DNA of 24,658 nt from Endomicrobiales bacterium (GTDB lineage: Bacteria; Elusimicrobiota; Endomicrobiia; Endomicrobiales; CAWCFT01), in assembly GCA_963794945.1 (NCBI GenBank), contig CAWCFT010000010.1, positions 1 through 24,658 of the forward strand. Direction: 5' to 3'. Shown piece by piece: positions 1-8,636 of the stretch. The notes under the pieces are model-generated. The model worked only from the letters and a program-made list of their open reading frames with translations, ran no database searches and had not been told where the DNA came from. Made by a program: the position numbers and the translations under genes. Position 1 is the first letter of the stretch, and every line of letters begins with the position of its first letter.

Positions 1-49
1 CGAAATTAAGTTAAAATGTCACCATTGCGTTAAGTAGAAATGTCATGGT
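1..49. repeat. IS left terminal inverted repeat with two AAGT(A/T)(G/A)AAATGTCA subunits
   Basis: Subunits start at 8 and 32 (24-bp period) and are mirrored at the right end. Confidence 0.85.
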
Positions 50-91
50 TGTGTATAATGACCTCCTGTGCAAATAAACTGGAGGCATCCA

Positions 92-1408
92 ATGGAGGTC
101 CGACTAACCATGAGCAACCGTGAAATTGACCGTTTAAAAGTGATTCATTCTATTATGAAAAAGCAACTTACCTGGGAACAGGCTTCCGGCCAGCTTGACC
201 TGTCAAAACGGCACATAGGCCGATTACTTGTGCGCATAAACGCCGAAGGCAACAAAGGCATCATTCATCGCCTGCGTGGCAAACCGTCGAATAACAAACT
301 GACGCAGGCAGTCATAGATACATCAATAAATTTAGTTAAAACTCGTTACGCCGACTTCGGCCCGTCGTTTGCCAACGAAAAGTTACTGGAACTTCATGGA
401 ATTAATATCTCCACTTCTTCGCTACGTACCGCAATGATTAAGTCCCACGTCTGGCATCCACGCAAACAGGCCACAAAACACCGCCAATGGCGCGAACGCA
501 GGCCCTGTGTGGGTGAATTGGTTCAGCTTGACGGTTCTGATCACGACTGGTTCGAAGGCCGAGGCCCAAGATGCGCCCTGGTGATCTTCATTGACGACGC
601 TACAAGCCGTATTCTTTACGCTGAATTTGTCTCTGTAGAAAATACTTTTAACCTTATGTCCACTACAAAACAATATCTTCTTAATCACGGACGCCCTATC
701 GCTCTTTATGTCGACAAAGACGGTATCTACAAAATCAATCGCCAGGCTTCCATTGAAGAACAGCTCAAGGACGAACAGGCCATGACACAGTATTCTCGCG
801 CTATGGGCGAACTAGGCATTGAAATCATCTTTGCTCAGTCGCCACAGGCTAAAGGCAGGGTCGAACGCTCTTTTGATACTCATCAAGACCGCTTAGTCAA
901 AGAGCTTCGCCTGGCAAACATTTCAGACATGAAATCAGGCAACATCTTCCTGCGCAAAATCTACATCCCCAAACATAATGCCCGTTTCGCTGTTTCACCC
1001 AAGCGCAAACTAAACGCTCACAAGCCTCTGCTTCGTTCCCACAAACTCGACGAAATTCTATCCCTTCAAACTGAAAGAATTCTCGCTAATGACTTTACCG
1101 TCCGCTTTCAAAATCTTTACCTGCAAATCCTCGCAGAGCAAAAAGTACGTATTCGCCCTAAAGACAAAATAATCGTCCAGGCAAGGCTCGACGGCTCTAT
1201 GCACCTTAAATTTAAAGACCAATTCCTCAACTTCAAACCTTTGCCTCAAAGACCCTACAAACCCTTTTACACCGCCAACAAAAGACTCCTAAAAGGCTCT
1301 AATTCAACATCCAAACCTTATTTCCCATCAAAAAATCATCCTTGGAGGCATCAGGTATTCTCTGCTAAACAACTATCAACGATTCCGCTACTGTCAAAGA
1401 CACCATGA
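92..1408 (+). CDS. DDE transposase (ISNCY/IS1202-like, integrase core)
   Basis: N-terminal HTH-like region; catalytic motifs QLDGS, ALYVDK and SPQAKGRVERS. Start placed at ATG 92 because GGAGG lies at 81-85. Confidence 0.92.
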   Translation: MEVRLTMSNREIDRLKVIHSIMKKQLTWEQASGQLDLSKRHIGRLLVRINAEGNKGIIHRLRGKPSNNKLTQAVIDTSINLVKTRYADFGPSFANEKLLELHGINISTSSLRTAMIKSHVWHPRKQATKHRQWRERRPCVGELVQLDGSDHDWFEGRGPRCALVIFIDDATSRILYAEFVSVENTFNLMSTTKQYLLNHGRPIALYVDKDGIYKINRQASIEEQLKDEQAMTQYSRAMGELGIEIIFAQSPQAKGRVERSFDTHQDRLVKELRLANISDMKSGNIFLRKIYIPKHNARFAVSPKRKLNAHKPLLRSHKLDEILSLQTERILANDFTVRFQNLYLQILAEQKVRIRPKDKIIVQARLDGSMHLKFKDQFLNFKPLPQRPYKPFYTANKRLLKGSNSTSKPYFPSKNHPWRHQVFSAKQLSTIPLLSKTP

Positions 1409-1454
1409 CATTTCTACTTAATTTAAAAGGTGACATTTCTACTTGCTTGCAACA
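1402..1454. repeat. IS right terminal inverted repeat with two TGACATTTCTACTT subunits
   Basis: Identical 14-mers at 1406 and 1431 (25-bp period). The transposase TGA stop lies within the inner copy. Confidence 0.88.
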
Positions 1455-1580
1455 CATCTTTCTGGTTTTGAATATAACCGTGCTTCCAATAATTAGGAAT
1501 TAAGTATATTTCGTTTCGGATTGGCGCAAATTGAGCTTACAAGACTCTTTAGAGGCGGGCTCGTATTATTAATCTAGAAA

Positions 1581-1668
1581 CGGAGAGAGAGGGATTTGAA
1601 CCCCCGGTAGGGCAAAGCCCTACACTGGTTTTCAAGACCAGCGCCATCAACCGCTCGGCCATCTCTCC
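1581..1668 (-). tRNA. tRNA-Ser(TGA), CCA not encoded
   Basis: Reverse complement reads GGAGAGATGGCCGAGCGG...CTGGT CT TGA AA ACCAG, long variable arm GTAGGGC-TTT-GCCCTAC, T arm GGGGGTTCAAATCCCTC, acceptor TCTCTCC and discriminator G. Confidence 0.97.
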
Positions 1669-1707
1669 TTTTACAATAAAAATATTCAAAAAATTTAATC
1701 TCGACGT

Positions 1708-1735
1708 ATTATAGCAAATTTATCAGTATTTTCAA
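1708..1735 (-). promoter_or_regulatory. Sigma70-type promoter for tRNA-Ser
   Basis: Minus strand TTGAAA (1735-1730), 16-nt spacer, TGn-extended TATAAT (1713-1708). Confidence 0.7.
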
Positions 1736-1784
1736 CTATATCTCTTGATATCTAAGTTATTGGCTAGATTAAGGCTATTGACGG

Positions 1785-3311
1785 CTATAACTGTTTGTCA
1801 AGGTTGCGGTATTGGATGGCTTCGGCAACATGGTTTTTATTTATCCTTTCGCTGCCTTCAAGATCTGCAATGGTGCGGCTTACCTTGAGTATCCGATCGT
1901 AAGCCCTAGCTGAAAAACCGAGCCGGTCTATTGCTGTTTTAAGCAGGCTCTTGCTTTCTTCATCAATAGCGCAGTGTTTCTTTATATGTTTTGTATTCAT
2001 CCGGCTGTTGCTGTGAATACTCGAGCCCGTGAACCTTTTTTTCTGGATATCCCTGGCCTTTATCACTCTAGAGCGGATCTCGGCCGATGTGTCGCCGCCG
2101 CGCGTGTCGCTTATTATATCCGATGTATTTAGAGCCGGCACCTCAAGGTGCATATCTATTCTATCAAGAAGCGGACCGGATATCTTTGACCTGTATTTCT
2201 GTATCTTATAAGGCGTGCACACGCACTCCTTATCAGGATGGCCGAAATTCCCGCACGGGCAAGGGTTCATTGCGCCTACAAGCATGAAAGATGCCGGGAA
2301 TACTATCGATCCCTTTGCCCTTGAAACCGTGACGACGTTGTCTTCCAGCGGCTGGCGCAGAACTTCAAGAACATCCCTGTGAAATTCCGTAAGCTCGTCT
2401 AAGAACAAAATGCCGTTATGGGCAAGGCTCACCTCGCCGGGCTTCGGGAACGCCCCTCCTCCAACAAGTGCAACATCGGAAACCGTGTGGTGCGGCGAGC
2501 GGAAGGGCCTGATGGCAAGTAGCCCTGTGCTTTGGTTAAGCGCGCCCGCCACAGAACTTATTTTTGTAGTTTCTAGAGATTCTTCAAAAGTGAATGGAGG
2601 AAGAATAGTAGGTAGCCTTTTTGCTAGCATCGTTTTCCCCGACCCCGGCGGGCCCATCATAAGCACGTTATGGCCGCCGGCAGCAGCTATTTCCAGCGCC
2701 CGCTTCGCGAACTGCTGGCCTTTGACGTCGGAAAAATCAAGCTCGTATACGTTGAGGGTCTTGGAGAAATCTGTTTCGGAAGATTTGAAAGGTTCGATGA
2801 CGGTTTTACCGGAAAGAAAATCTGCTGCCTGGTTTAGAGTCGCTACGGGGAATATATCTATCCCGCTCACAACGAACGCCTCAAGCGCGTTGCCGGAGGG
2901 AAGCACTATTTTATATATCCCATATTTTTTGAGGCTGGCCACTATCGGAAGGACTCCCTTCACCGGGCGGAGCGACCCGTCAAGGGCCAGCTCACCAAGG
3001 AAACAGAATCCTGATACGTCCGCTTTAATGTCCTGTTTCGCGAGCAGGACAGCAACAGCGATAGGCAGGTCGAAAGATGCGCCTTCTTTCTTCGTATCCG
3101 CAGGAGCGAGATTAACGGTAATTCGCCTTGAAGGAAAATCGAAACCTGAATTCCTTACAGCGGCGACGACCCTGTCCTTGGATTCCCTCACCGCCGCGTC
3201 CGGCAGCCCTACGGTCGAGAAAGTGGGCAAGCCGCGCGAAATATCAACCTCGACGTTCACTATATACGCATCAATTCCAAGAACAGCGCACGAAACAACC
3301 TTTGATAGCAT
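1785..3311 (-). CDS. comM: YifB/ComM family Mg-chelatase-like AAA+ ATPase
   Basis: [20 protein letters not shown], Walker [39 protein letters not shown]. Start MLSKV chosen from the family's usual N-terminus. Confidence 0.95.
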   Translation of the reverse strand: MLSKVVSCAVLGIDAYIVNVEVDISRGLPTFSTVGLPDAAVRESKDRVVAAVRNSGFDFPSRRITVNLAPADTKKEGASFDLPIAVAVLLAKQDIKADVSGFCFLGELALDGSLRPVKGVLPIVASLKKYGIYKIVLPSGNALEAFVVSGIDIFPVATLNQAADFLSGKTVIEPFKSSETDFSKTLNVYELDFSDVKGQQFAKRALEIAAAGGHNVLMMGPPGSGKTMLAKRLPTILPPFTFEESLETTKISSVAGALNQSTGLLAIRPFRSPHHTVSDVALVGGGAFPKPGEVSLAHNGILFLDELTEFHRDVLEVLRQPLEDNVVTVSRAKGSIVFPASFMLVGAMNPCPCGNFGHPDKECVCTPYKIQKYRSKISGPLLDRIDMHLEVPALNTSDIISDTRGGDTSAEIRSRVIKARDIQKKRFTGSSIHSNSRMNTKHIKKHCAIDEESKSLLKTAIDRLGFSARAYDRILKVSRTIADLEGSERINKNHVAEAIQYRNLDKQL

Positions 3312-3407
3312 GAAAAATACCCTTTTAAAAAACGGCTGATCATCAAGGTTATTTTGGATTACTGCTGCCGCTGCCATCCCTGAATAATTTCTTACCAGGC
3401 GCGGACG

Positions 3408-4499
3408 CTACTTTTGAGCCGCTTGTTTGTATTCTTCTTCCAGGGTCTTAACAAGTTCTTTTACGGGAATAATTTTATCCGTCTTATAAACGTTAGCCCC
3501 CGCGAAAGCGAACCCATCCTTGAGGTTTCCTCTCTGTGCGTTGACCAGGGCGAGAGCAATACAATATGGTGCGTTGACAACATCACAGGTCTTTATACAG
3601 TGGTAGGGGCACTTGAAGGGTTTCTTGTTCCCTTTGTTAACATCTTCAATAAATACGTTCTTTATCGCGCGGCCCGGCATTCCTACCGGGCTTTCGATAA
3701 TAACGACATCTTCTTTTTTTGACTCAATATAGGCTTTTTTAAAATTTATCGAAGCGTCGCATTCGTTGGTCGTGACGAACCTGGTTGCCATCTGAACGCC
3801 GTCGGCTCCGAGTTTATCCATGAATTTATATATGTCGGCTCCGCTGTATATACCACCCGCGGCGATAACGGGAATATGATGGCCGCACTCATCGTCAATC
3901 TTTTTCCTCTCAGCTATCACTTCTGGTATCAATTTTTCAAGTGCAAAATCAGGGTTTTCTATGTCCACTGGCTTAAAACCCAAGTGACCTCCTGCGAGAG
4001 GGCCTTCCACTACAACCGCGTCAGGGCAATGATGGAACTTATCTATCCAACGCCTGGCTATCAGCGTCGCCGCACGGGCGGAAGATACAATGGGCACAAG
4101 TTTTGTTTTTTGGGAACCCTCAAGATAGCGCGGGAGGTTAAGCGGAAGTCCGCCGCCCGAAAATATTATGTCTATCCCCTCTTCAACCGACGCTTTCACC
4201 AGATCGGCGTAGTTCGAGAGCGCGACCATGATATTTACACCAAGTATCCCATTCGTAAGGCTCCTAGCCTTCCTGATCTCGCGGCGCAAGGCCTTTATGT
4301 CCGCGGCAGCTAGATTCGAGAAATAGTCCGGCTCGGACATGCCAATTACAGCGGTAGCTATTACTCCGATGCCGCCTTCGTTAGCTACGGCCGATGCCAG
4401 CCCTGAAAGGGATATACACACCCCCATGCCGCCTTGTATTATAGGCAAACTTGCCGTCAAATCTCCAACTTTCAATGCTTTAAATGAGCCAAAATCCAT
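3408..4499 (-). CDS. Nitronate monooxygenase / FabK-like FMN oxidoreductase
   Basis: PIIQGGMGV, VVEGPLAGGHLG, PVIAAGGI, GADGVQMATRF, SPVGMPGRA, and a C-terminal CPYHCIKTC...YCI Cys cluster. Confidence 0.92.
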   Translation of the reverse strand: MDFGSFKALKVGDLTASLPIIQGGMGVCISLSGLASAVANEGGIGVIATAVIGMSEPDYFSNLAAADIKALRREIRKARSLTNGILGVNIMVALSNYADLVKASVEEGIDIIFSGGGLPLNLPRYLEGSQKTKLVPIVSSARAATLIARRWIDKFHHCPDAVVVEGPLAGGHLGFKPVDIENPDFALEKLIPEVIAERKKIDDECGHHIPVIAAGGIYSGADIYKFMDKLGADGVQMATRFVTTNECDASINFKKAYIESKKEDVVIIESPVGMPGRAIKNVFIEDVNKGNKKPFKCPYHCIKTCDVVNAPYCIALALVNAQRGNLKDGFAFAGANVYKTDKIIPVKELVKTLEEEYKQAAQK

Positions 4500-4539
4500 G
4501 GTTAATTACCCTCAAATTTTTTAAACACACTCTTCCGTG

Positions 4540-4929
4540 TCAGTTTCCCGGATTGAAGAACTCCAGCTGTTCGTGGGCTTCAAGAGTGTTTAAAAGTTTC
4601 ATTATATCGTCGACAAATATCGGTTTCGTAAGGAAGCCTCTGGCTCCCATTTTAAAGGCGTTCTCAACCGAAAAAATATTGTCGCATCCCGTGATGAAAA
4701 ATATATTCGCATCCGGGTCGATTTCCTTTATGTACCTAAAAACATCTTCACCGTCTATGCCCGGCAGAAGTATGTCCAGAAGCACGAAGTCGGGCCTATT
4801 GTCTCTGTAGATCCTTATACCGTCTTCACCTGTACCAGCGGTAAGGGCTCTGAACCCCTGCCTCTCAATAATTTTGCCGAGATGGCCGCGTGTGTATATC
4901 TCGTCGTCAATTATCAGTATTGTTTTCAT
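4540..4929 (-). CDS. Single-domain response regulator (CheY-like receiver)
   Basis: MKTILIIDDE, phospho-acceptor in LLDILLPG, FITG, LTKP; no output domain. Confidence 0.9.
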   Translation of the reverse strand: MKTILIIDDEIYTRGHLGKIIERQGFRALTAGTGEDGIRIYRDNRPDFVLLDILLPGIDGEDVFRYIKEIDPDANIFFITGCDNIFSVENAFKMGARGFLTKPIFVDDIMKLLNTLEAHEQLEFFNPGN

Positions 4930-4979
4930 AAATTCGACCGCGTACAGCCGCGTTCGTTTTATCAAAATTTCGGAGACAC

Positions 4980-5822
4980 TCAATTCCCCGGAGATATCTT
5001 ATAAGACAGAAGTTCTGTATTCCTGTGCTCACTGCCGCCAGAGGCCGATGTCGTTGTAAGTATCCAGCCGGCTTCGGGCGCGTAGTAATTGAATCTTAAC
5101 GAACCGGGTAACTCGGGATTTTCTTCGGAAACTTTAAGGCATCCGTTGAATTCTCCTGCTTTCACTTTTATCGATAGATTGTTCGCGACTATCCCGAATA
5201 TTACCTTCTTTCCGTCCCTCGTGGTCTGCCAGTATTTGCCTACCTCAAAGGGGTACTGCAACGCCACCGAATAGGACTCAGAACCCGAGACTCAAATATT
5301 CACGCAGTTGAAAGTTGTCTTTGCGGTAGAACCGCTTGATGTCGGTAACGTGGTTCGAACCGGCAAAAAGCCGTTTCACTATCGAGAACGTCCCTGTAGA
5401 AACCTCGTTACAGTCCCATTCAGCGCGCATGTTGCGGCCCTCTGTTTCCGAATCACCCTCAATCCAGAAACTGCCCTTTGTCAGAGGAAAATAGTCGGGG
5501 CTCCCAAATATACCGGCCCTTGCCAGATTTGTCCAGGGTTGCGATGACGGATAGTATTCAATGAGCCTTTTATAATAGTTTACTGCCTGGCCGTAAAGTT
5601 TGAGATTCTTCTGGTATATCCGTCCCAACCTGTAAAGCGCTTGAGGGCAGATGCGGCTCGAAGGGTATTTCTGGCAGATGTTCTGGTACTTAAATCCGGC
5701 CTCAACAAAATACCCGTTCTTTTCAAGCTTCTGAGCCTGCCTAAACTGAAAATCCAGGCCACACCGGAACAGGCTGCTATTAACACAGCACAAAATAAAA
5801 AAACTGTGGTTTCAAGCCTCAT
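4980..5822 (-). CDS. TPR-containing lipoprotein, split over three ORFs by two compensating frameshifts (about 280 aa reconstructed)
   Basis: Signal peptide MRLETTVFLFCAVLIAACSG in one frame; CGLDFQ...TPR motifs (YPSSRICPQALYRLGRIY) in a second frame; return to the first frame at GSESYSVALQYPFEVG. Shifts at about 5764 and 5285. The start overlaps the end of the VanZ gene. Confidence 0.75.
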
Positions 5823-6204
5823 TTTTCCGCTCTATGTGGCCTTTCCAGAAACTATAAATGAAATATCCGGCCACGGCTCCTACGGAATCGATCCCCACAT
5901 CTATCACTGACGGCCCCCTGGTCGGGACAAATGACTGGTGGTATTCATCGCTCGCAGCGTACAACACCGAAAACGCTATTGATGCCAAAGATGCTTTCTT
6001 GCCACTCCATGCACCGATACTGCCAGTGATGGCCCGCCGGCTCAGCAGGAATAGTACACAATATTCGGTTACGTGCGCGCCTTTCCTAAGCACCAGGTCG
6101 ATGATCCAGCCAATATGGGTCCCGAGATTTTGCAAGCTTGAAAGATAAAATATTAGAGAGCACCAGGCAATCACCGGCATCCAGTTTCGATAAAAATTAT
6201 TCAT
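5812..6204 (-). CDS. VanZ family membrane protein
   Basis: LIFYLSS, RKGAHVTEY, LYAASDEYHQSFVPTRGPSVIDVGIDSVG. Start MNNFY at 6204. Confidence 0.92.
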   Translation of the reverse strand: MNNFYRNWMPVIAWCSLIFYLSSLQNLGTHIGWIIDLVLRKGAHVTEYCVLFLLSRRAITGSIGAWSGKKASLASIAFSVLYAASDEYHQSFVPTRGPSVIDVGIDSVGAVAGYFIYSFWKGHIERKNEA

Positions 6205-6435
6205 TTTTTTCCGGTATTCAACTTTCCCTCGGCCTTGCCTGCTTTCTTTAAAAATGTTCAACTGGTCTATCGTAGGTTTTTTTGGAATCGATTGTAAAAA
6301 AACAGGCGGGCATTTCGTTGGACGAAATCCCGTTGTAGTTTATGCATTCGCAGCAAAAACCCTTGTCGCTGCATGGTTCGTAAGTCCAGCTGCATTTCTG
6401 TTTGTTAGCGCTTGTTTGCAGCCGCGGCTTGACAT
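6201..6435 (-). CDS. Small Cys-rich cytosolic protein (DUF6485-like), apparently frameshifted twice
   Basis: Core TYEPCSDKGFCCECI...EMPACFF...KTYDRPVEHF (ORF 6248-6445). Adding one base near 6411 gives the start MSSRGCKQ. Adding one T at 6250-6254 extends it to a TGA overlapping the VanZ ATG (ATGA). Confidence 0.7.
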
Positions 6436-6461
6436 AGTTCGGCATTCCTCTATCTTAGAAG

Positions 6462-6490
6462 ATTTTATCAATTTTTTGCTAATTATTCAA
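6462..6490 (-). promoter_or_regulatory. Sigma70-type promoter for the Cys-rich/VanZ/TPR gene run
   Basis: Minus strand TTGAAT, 17-nt spacer, TGn-extended TAAAAT. Confidence 0.6.
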
Positions 6491-6579
6491 CCAGATTTTT
6501 TTGGCGGCACGAAGGAAGGTCGATCTGGGAAAACGTCTGACGGTACTTATTGTTTGAAGGTATTGATTCCTAAATCCGA

Positions 6580-7830
6580 TTATTTTTCAAATATAAACTC
6601 GTATGAGCCTATGCGGACGGTGTCGCCTTCTACAACACCCCTGGCCTCGAGCTCTTTTTCAACGCCTATTTTTTTCAGTATGTTCTGGAAACGCCGCAGA
6701 GATTCTTCCTCGGCGATATCAGTCATAGCACTTAGCTTGTCTACCTTGGAGCCTTTCACCACATATATACCGCCGATCTTCTCGATCGTAAACTCCGCTT
6801 CATAAATATATTTTTTGACCGGCTCCTCTATGATGTCTTCGGGCGGCGGGATTTTTTGAGCGCCTTACTTACGGCGTTCATGAGCTCTTTTATGCCCTCG
6901 CCAGATACCGCCGAGATGGGAAATATTTTTTTATTCTTCAGGTTCCTCTTCAGCTGCGAAAGTTTCGCCGCCGAATCGGTAAGATCCGTTTTGTTCACCG
7001 CGATGACCATCGGTTTTTTAAGGAGGCCTTTTGAGAACTGTCCGAGCTCCTGGTTTATAATGCGGTAATTCTGGTAAGCTGTGTTTTCGTTGAAACCAAA
7101 AAGGTCTATAACATGTATCAATACCCTTGTACGCTGTATATGGCGGAGAAATTCATCACCTATCCCTTTGCCCGTGTGGGCGCCTTCGATCAGGCCCGGT
7201 ATATCCGCAACAACGTAACTGCGGTCCGCCGTGGCTGACAACTCCAAGGTTCGGGCTAAGGGTAGTGAAAGGATAGTCCGCTATCTTAGGCCTGGCCGCG
7301 CTAATATGCGAAAGTAGCGTTGATTTCCCCGCATTGGGAAAACCGACAAGACCTACGTCAGCAATGAGTTTGAGCTCGAGATCTAAACTTACGATCTCTC
7401 CCGGCTCGCCCTTTTCTTTGATCCTCGGCGCGGTGTGCCTGCCCGTCTTGAACGATGAGTTGCCTCTGCCGCCTCTGCCGCCGCGCGCGACGAGCAGTTT
7501 GACATAGGGCTCTACCATATCGGCAAGAGCTTCGCCGCCTTTGTATATAACAGTGCCCACGGGTATCCTGATGATGATATCGTCAGCGCCCCTGCCAGTG
7601 CAGTTGCTCGCGCCGCCGACCATTCCGCTGTTTGCTTTGTAGTGTGAACGGTAAGTTAAATCGAGAAGTGTTGTTAGGTGCGGGTCGGTCTCGAGGTAAA
7701 CATCGCCGCCCTTGCCGCCGTTTCCGCCGTCAGGGCCGCCGAAGGGAACATACTTTTCTCTTCTAAAAGAAATACAGCCGTCGCCACCGGTGCCGGCTGT
7801 AATGAATATCCTTGCTTTATCTATGAACAT
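6580..7830 (-). CDS. obgE: GTPase ObgE/CgtA with C-terminal OCT domain; two compensating frameshifts in this sequence (about 416 aa reconstructed)
   Basis: MFIDKA, Gly-rich Obg fold, GFPNAGKST and YPFTTL in ORF 7156-7830; [14 protein letters not shown] and ISA in ORF 6828-7247; [24 protein letters not shown] in ORF 6580-6762. Shifts at about 7226 (extra base) and 6852-6857 (A6 run one short). Confidence 0.93.
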
Positions 7831-7858
7831 TTACTTTAGTACTTCCAGCAGCCTGACT

Positions 7859-8116
7859 CTAGTTTGCGGCGGTTACGCTGACAAAACATCTGTTGCCGGC
7901 TTTTCTTGTGAATTTGACAAGCCCCGAGATCTTCGCGAAAAGAGTGTTGTCGGAACCAATACCGACATTCTTGCCGGCATGGAATTTAGTGCCGCACTGG
8001 CGGACTATGATCGAGCCTGCGTGAATTTTCTGGTCGCCGTAGATCTTTACACCCCTGCGTTGGCCCGCAGAATCGCGCCCGTTTGTTGATGAACCCTGTG
8101 ACTTTGTATGAGCCAT
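7859..8116 (-). CDS. rpmA: 50S ribosomal protein L27
   Basis: [16 protein letters not shown]...[28 protein letters not shown]. Confidence 0.98.
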   Translation of the reverse strand: MAHTKSQGSSTNGRDSAGQRRGVKIYGDQKIHAGSIIVRQCGTKFHAGKNVGIGSDNTLFAKISGLVKFTRKAGNRCFVSVTAAN

Positions 8117-8128
8117 GGTATACTCCTA

Positions 8129-8215
8129 ATTACAGATTACAAATTTCAAATCACAGATTAAAAAAGTCAATGACGTTTGACTTCAATTTGTAATATGTAA
8201 TCTGTAATTTGTAAT
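8129..8215. repeat. Heptamer-armed palindrome A (ATTACAR type) between rplU and rpmA
   Basis: ATTACAG ATTACAA ATTTCAA ATCACAG ... inner stem AAGTCAA/TTGACTT ... TTGTAAT ATGTAAT CTGTAAT TTGTAAT. Confidence 0.9.
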
Positions 8216-8219
8216 CGAT

Positions 8220-8531
8220 TTATTGTACTATTTCTTTGATCTTAAGTTCGGTGAGATACTGCCTGTGCCCCTGCGTCTTTTTATAGCCTTTTTTTGAACG
8301 CTTCTTGAACACTATAACCTTGGGTCCGCGCATCTGGCGTACAACTGAAGCAATGACCTTCGCTCCCTCAACCACCGGGCGGCCTATAGTAGCCTTATTC
8401 TCATCGCCGACTATAAGAACCTTGTCTAATACGACTTCTTCACCGGCTTTTGCCGCCAGTTTTTCCACCAATACTGTGTTGCCTGCTTCTACGCGGAACT
8501 GTTTTCCGCCCGTCACGATAACTGCATACAT
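8220..8531 (-). CDS. rplU: 50S ribosomal protein L21
   Basis: MYAVIVTGGKQFRV...KVIVFKKRSKKGYKKTQGHRQYLT. AAGGAG lies 7 nt before ATG 8531. Confidence 0.98.
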   Translation of the reverse strand: MYAVIVTGGKQFRVEAGNTVLVEKLAAKAGEEVVLDKVLIVGDENKATIGRPVVEGAKVIASVVRQMRGPKVIVFKKRSKKGYKKTQGHRQYLTELKIKEIVQ

Positions 8532-8559
8532 TGACATACTCCTTTCTAAGCTGTATAAT
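8531..8559 (+). promoter_or_regulatory. Consensus sigma70 promoter for the aminotransferase
   Basis: TTGACA (8531-8536), 17-nt spacer, TATAAT (8554-8559). Confidence 0.8.
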
Positions 8560-8587
8560 AGTAGCACAAAAAATAGATACTTGTCAA
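8558..8587 (-). promoter_or_regulatory. Sigma70 promoter for rplU-rpmA-obgE
   Basis: Minus strand TTGACA (8587-8582), 18-nt spacer, TGn-extended TACTAT (8563-8558). Confidence 0.75.
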
Positions 8588-8636
8588 TACAACTGGCAAA
8601 ATAGCCAAGGAAACCCGGATTCCAGTGGAAAAATTA

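Larger units (their letters stand above)
1..1454 (+). mobile_element. Insertion sequence, IS1202-like (ISNCY) family; left end clipped by about 3 bp at the window edge
   Basis: Single DDE transposase flanked by inverted repeats. 30-49 TTAAGTAGAAATGTCATGGT is the exact reverse complement of 1402-1421, and 8-23 matches 1429-1444 with 2 mismatches. The right end finishes ...GCAACA (TGT terminus) at 1454; alignment puts the left TGT just before base 1. Confidence 0.88.

Noticed and set aside
1533..1562. Terminator downstream of tRNA-Ser
   Set aside because: Weak interrupted stem (GAGC/GCTC, CTCT/AGAG) with no U-tract on the minus strand.
2410..3339. 309-aa plus-strand ORF
   Set aside because: Antisense shadow of comM; Ser/Pro/Ala-rich with no recognisable motif.
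6254..6805. 183-aa plus-strand ORF, including a DFFGGT stretch reminiscent of NadD
   Set aside because: Overlaps the obgE tail and the Cys-rich gene on the opposite strand; no HxGH or other NadD motif.
6845..6860. Programmed -1 frameshift producing ObgE with or without the OCT domain
   Set aside because: C_AAA_AAA is not a canonical slippery heptamer, A6 is short for transcriptional slippage, and five other indels nearby point to assembly error.
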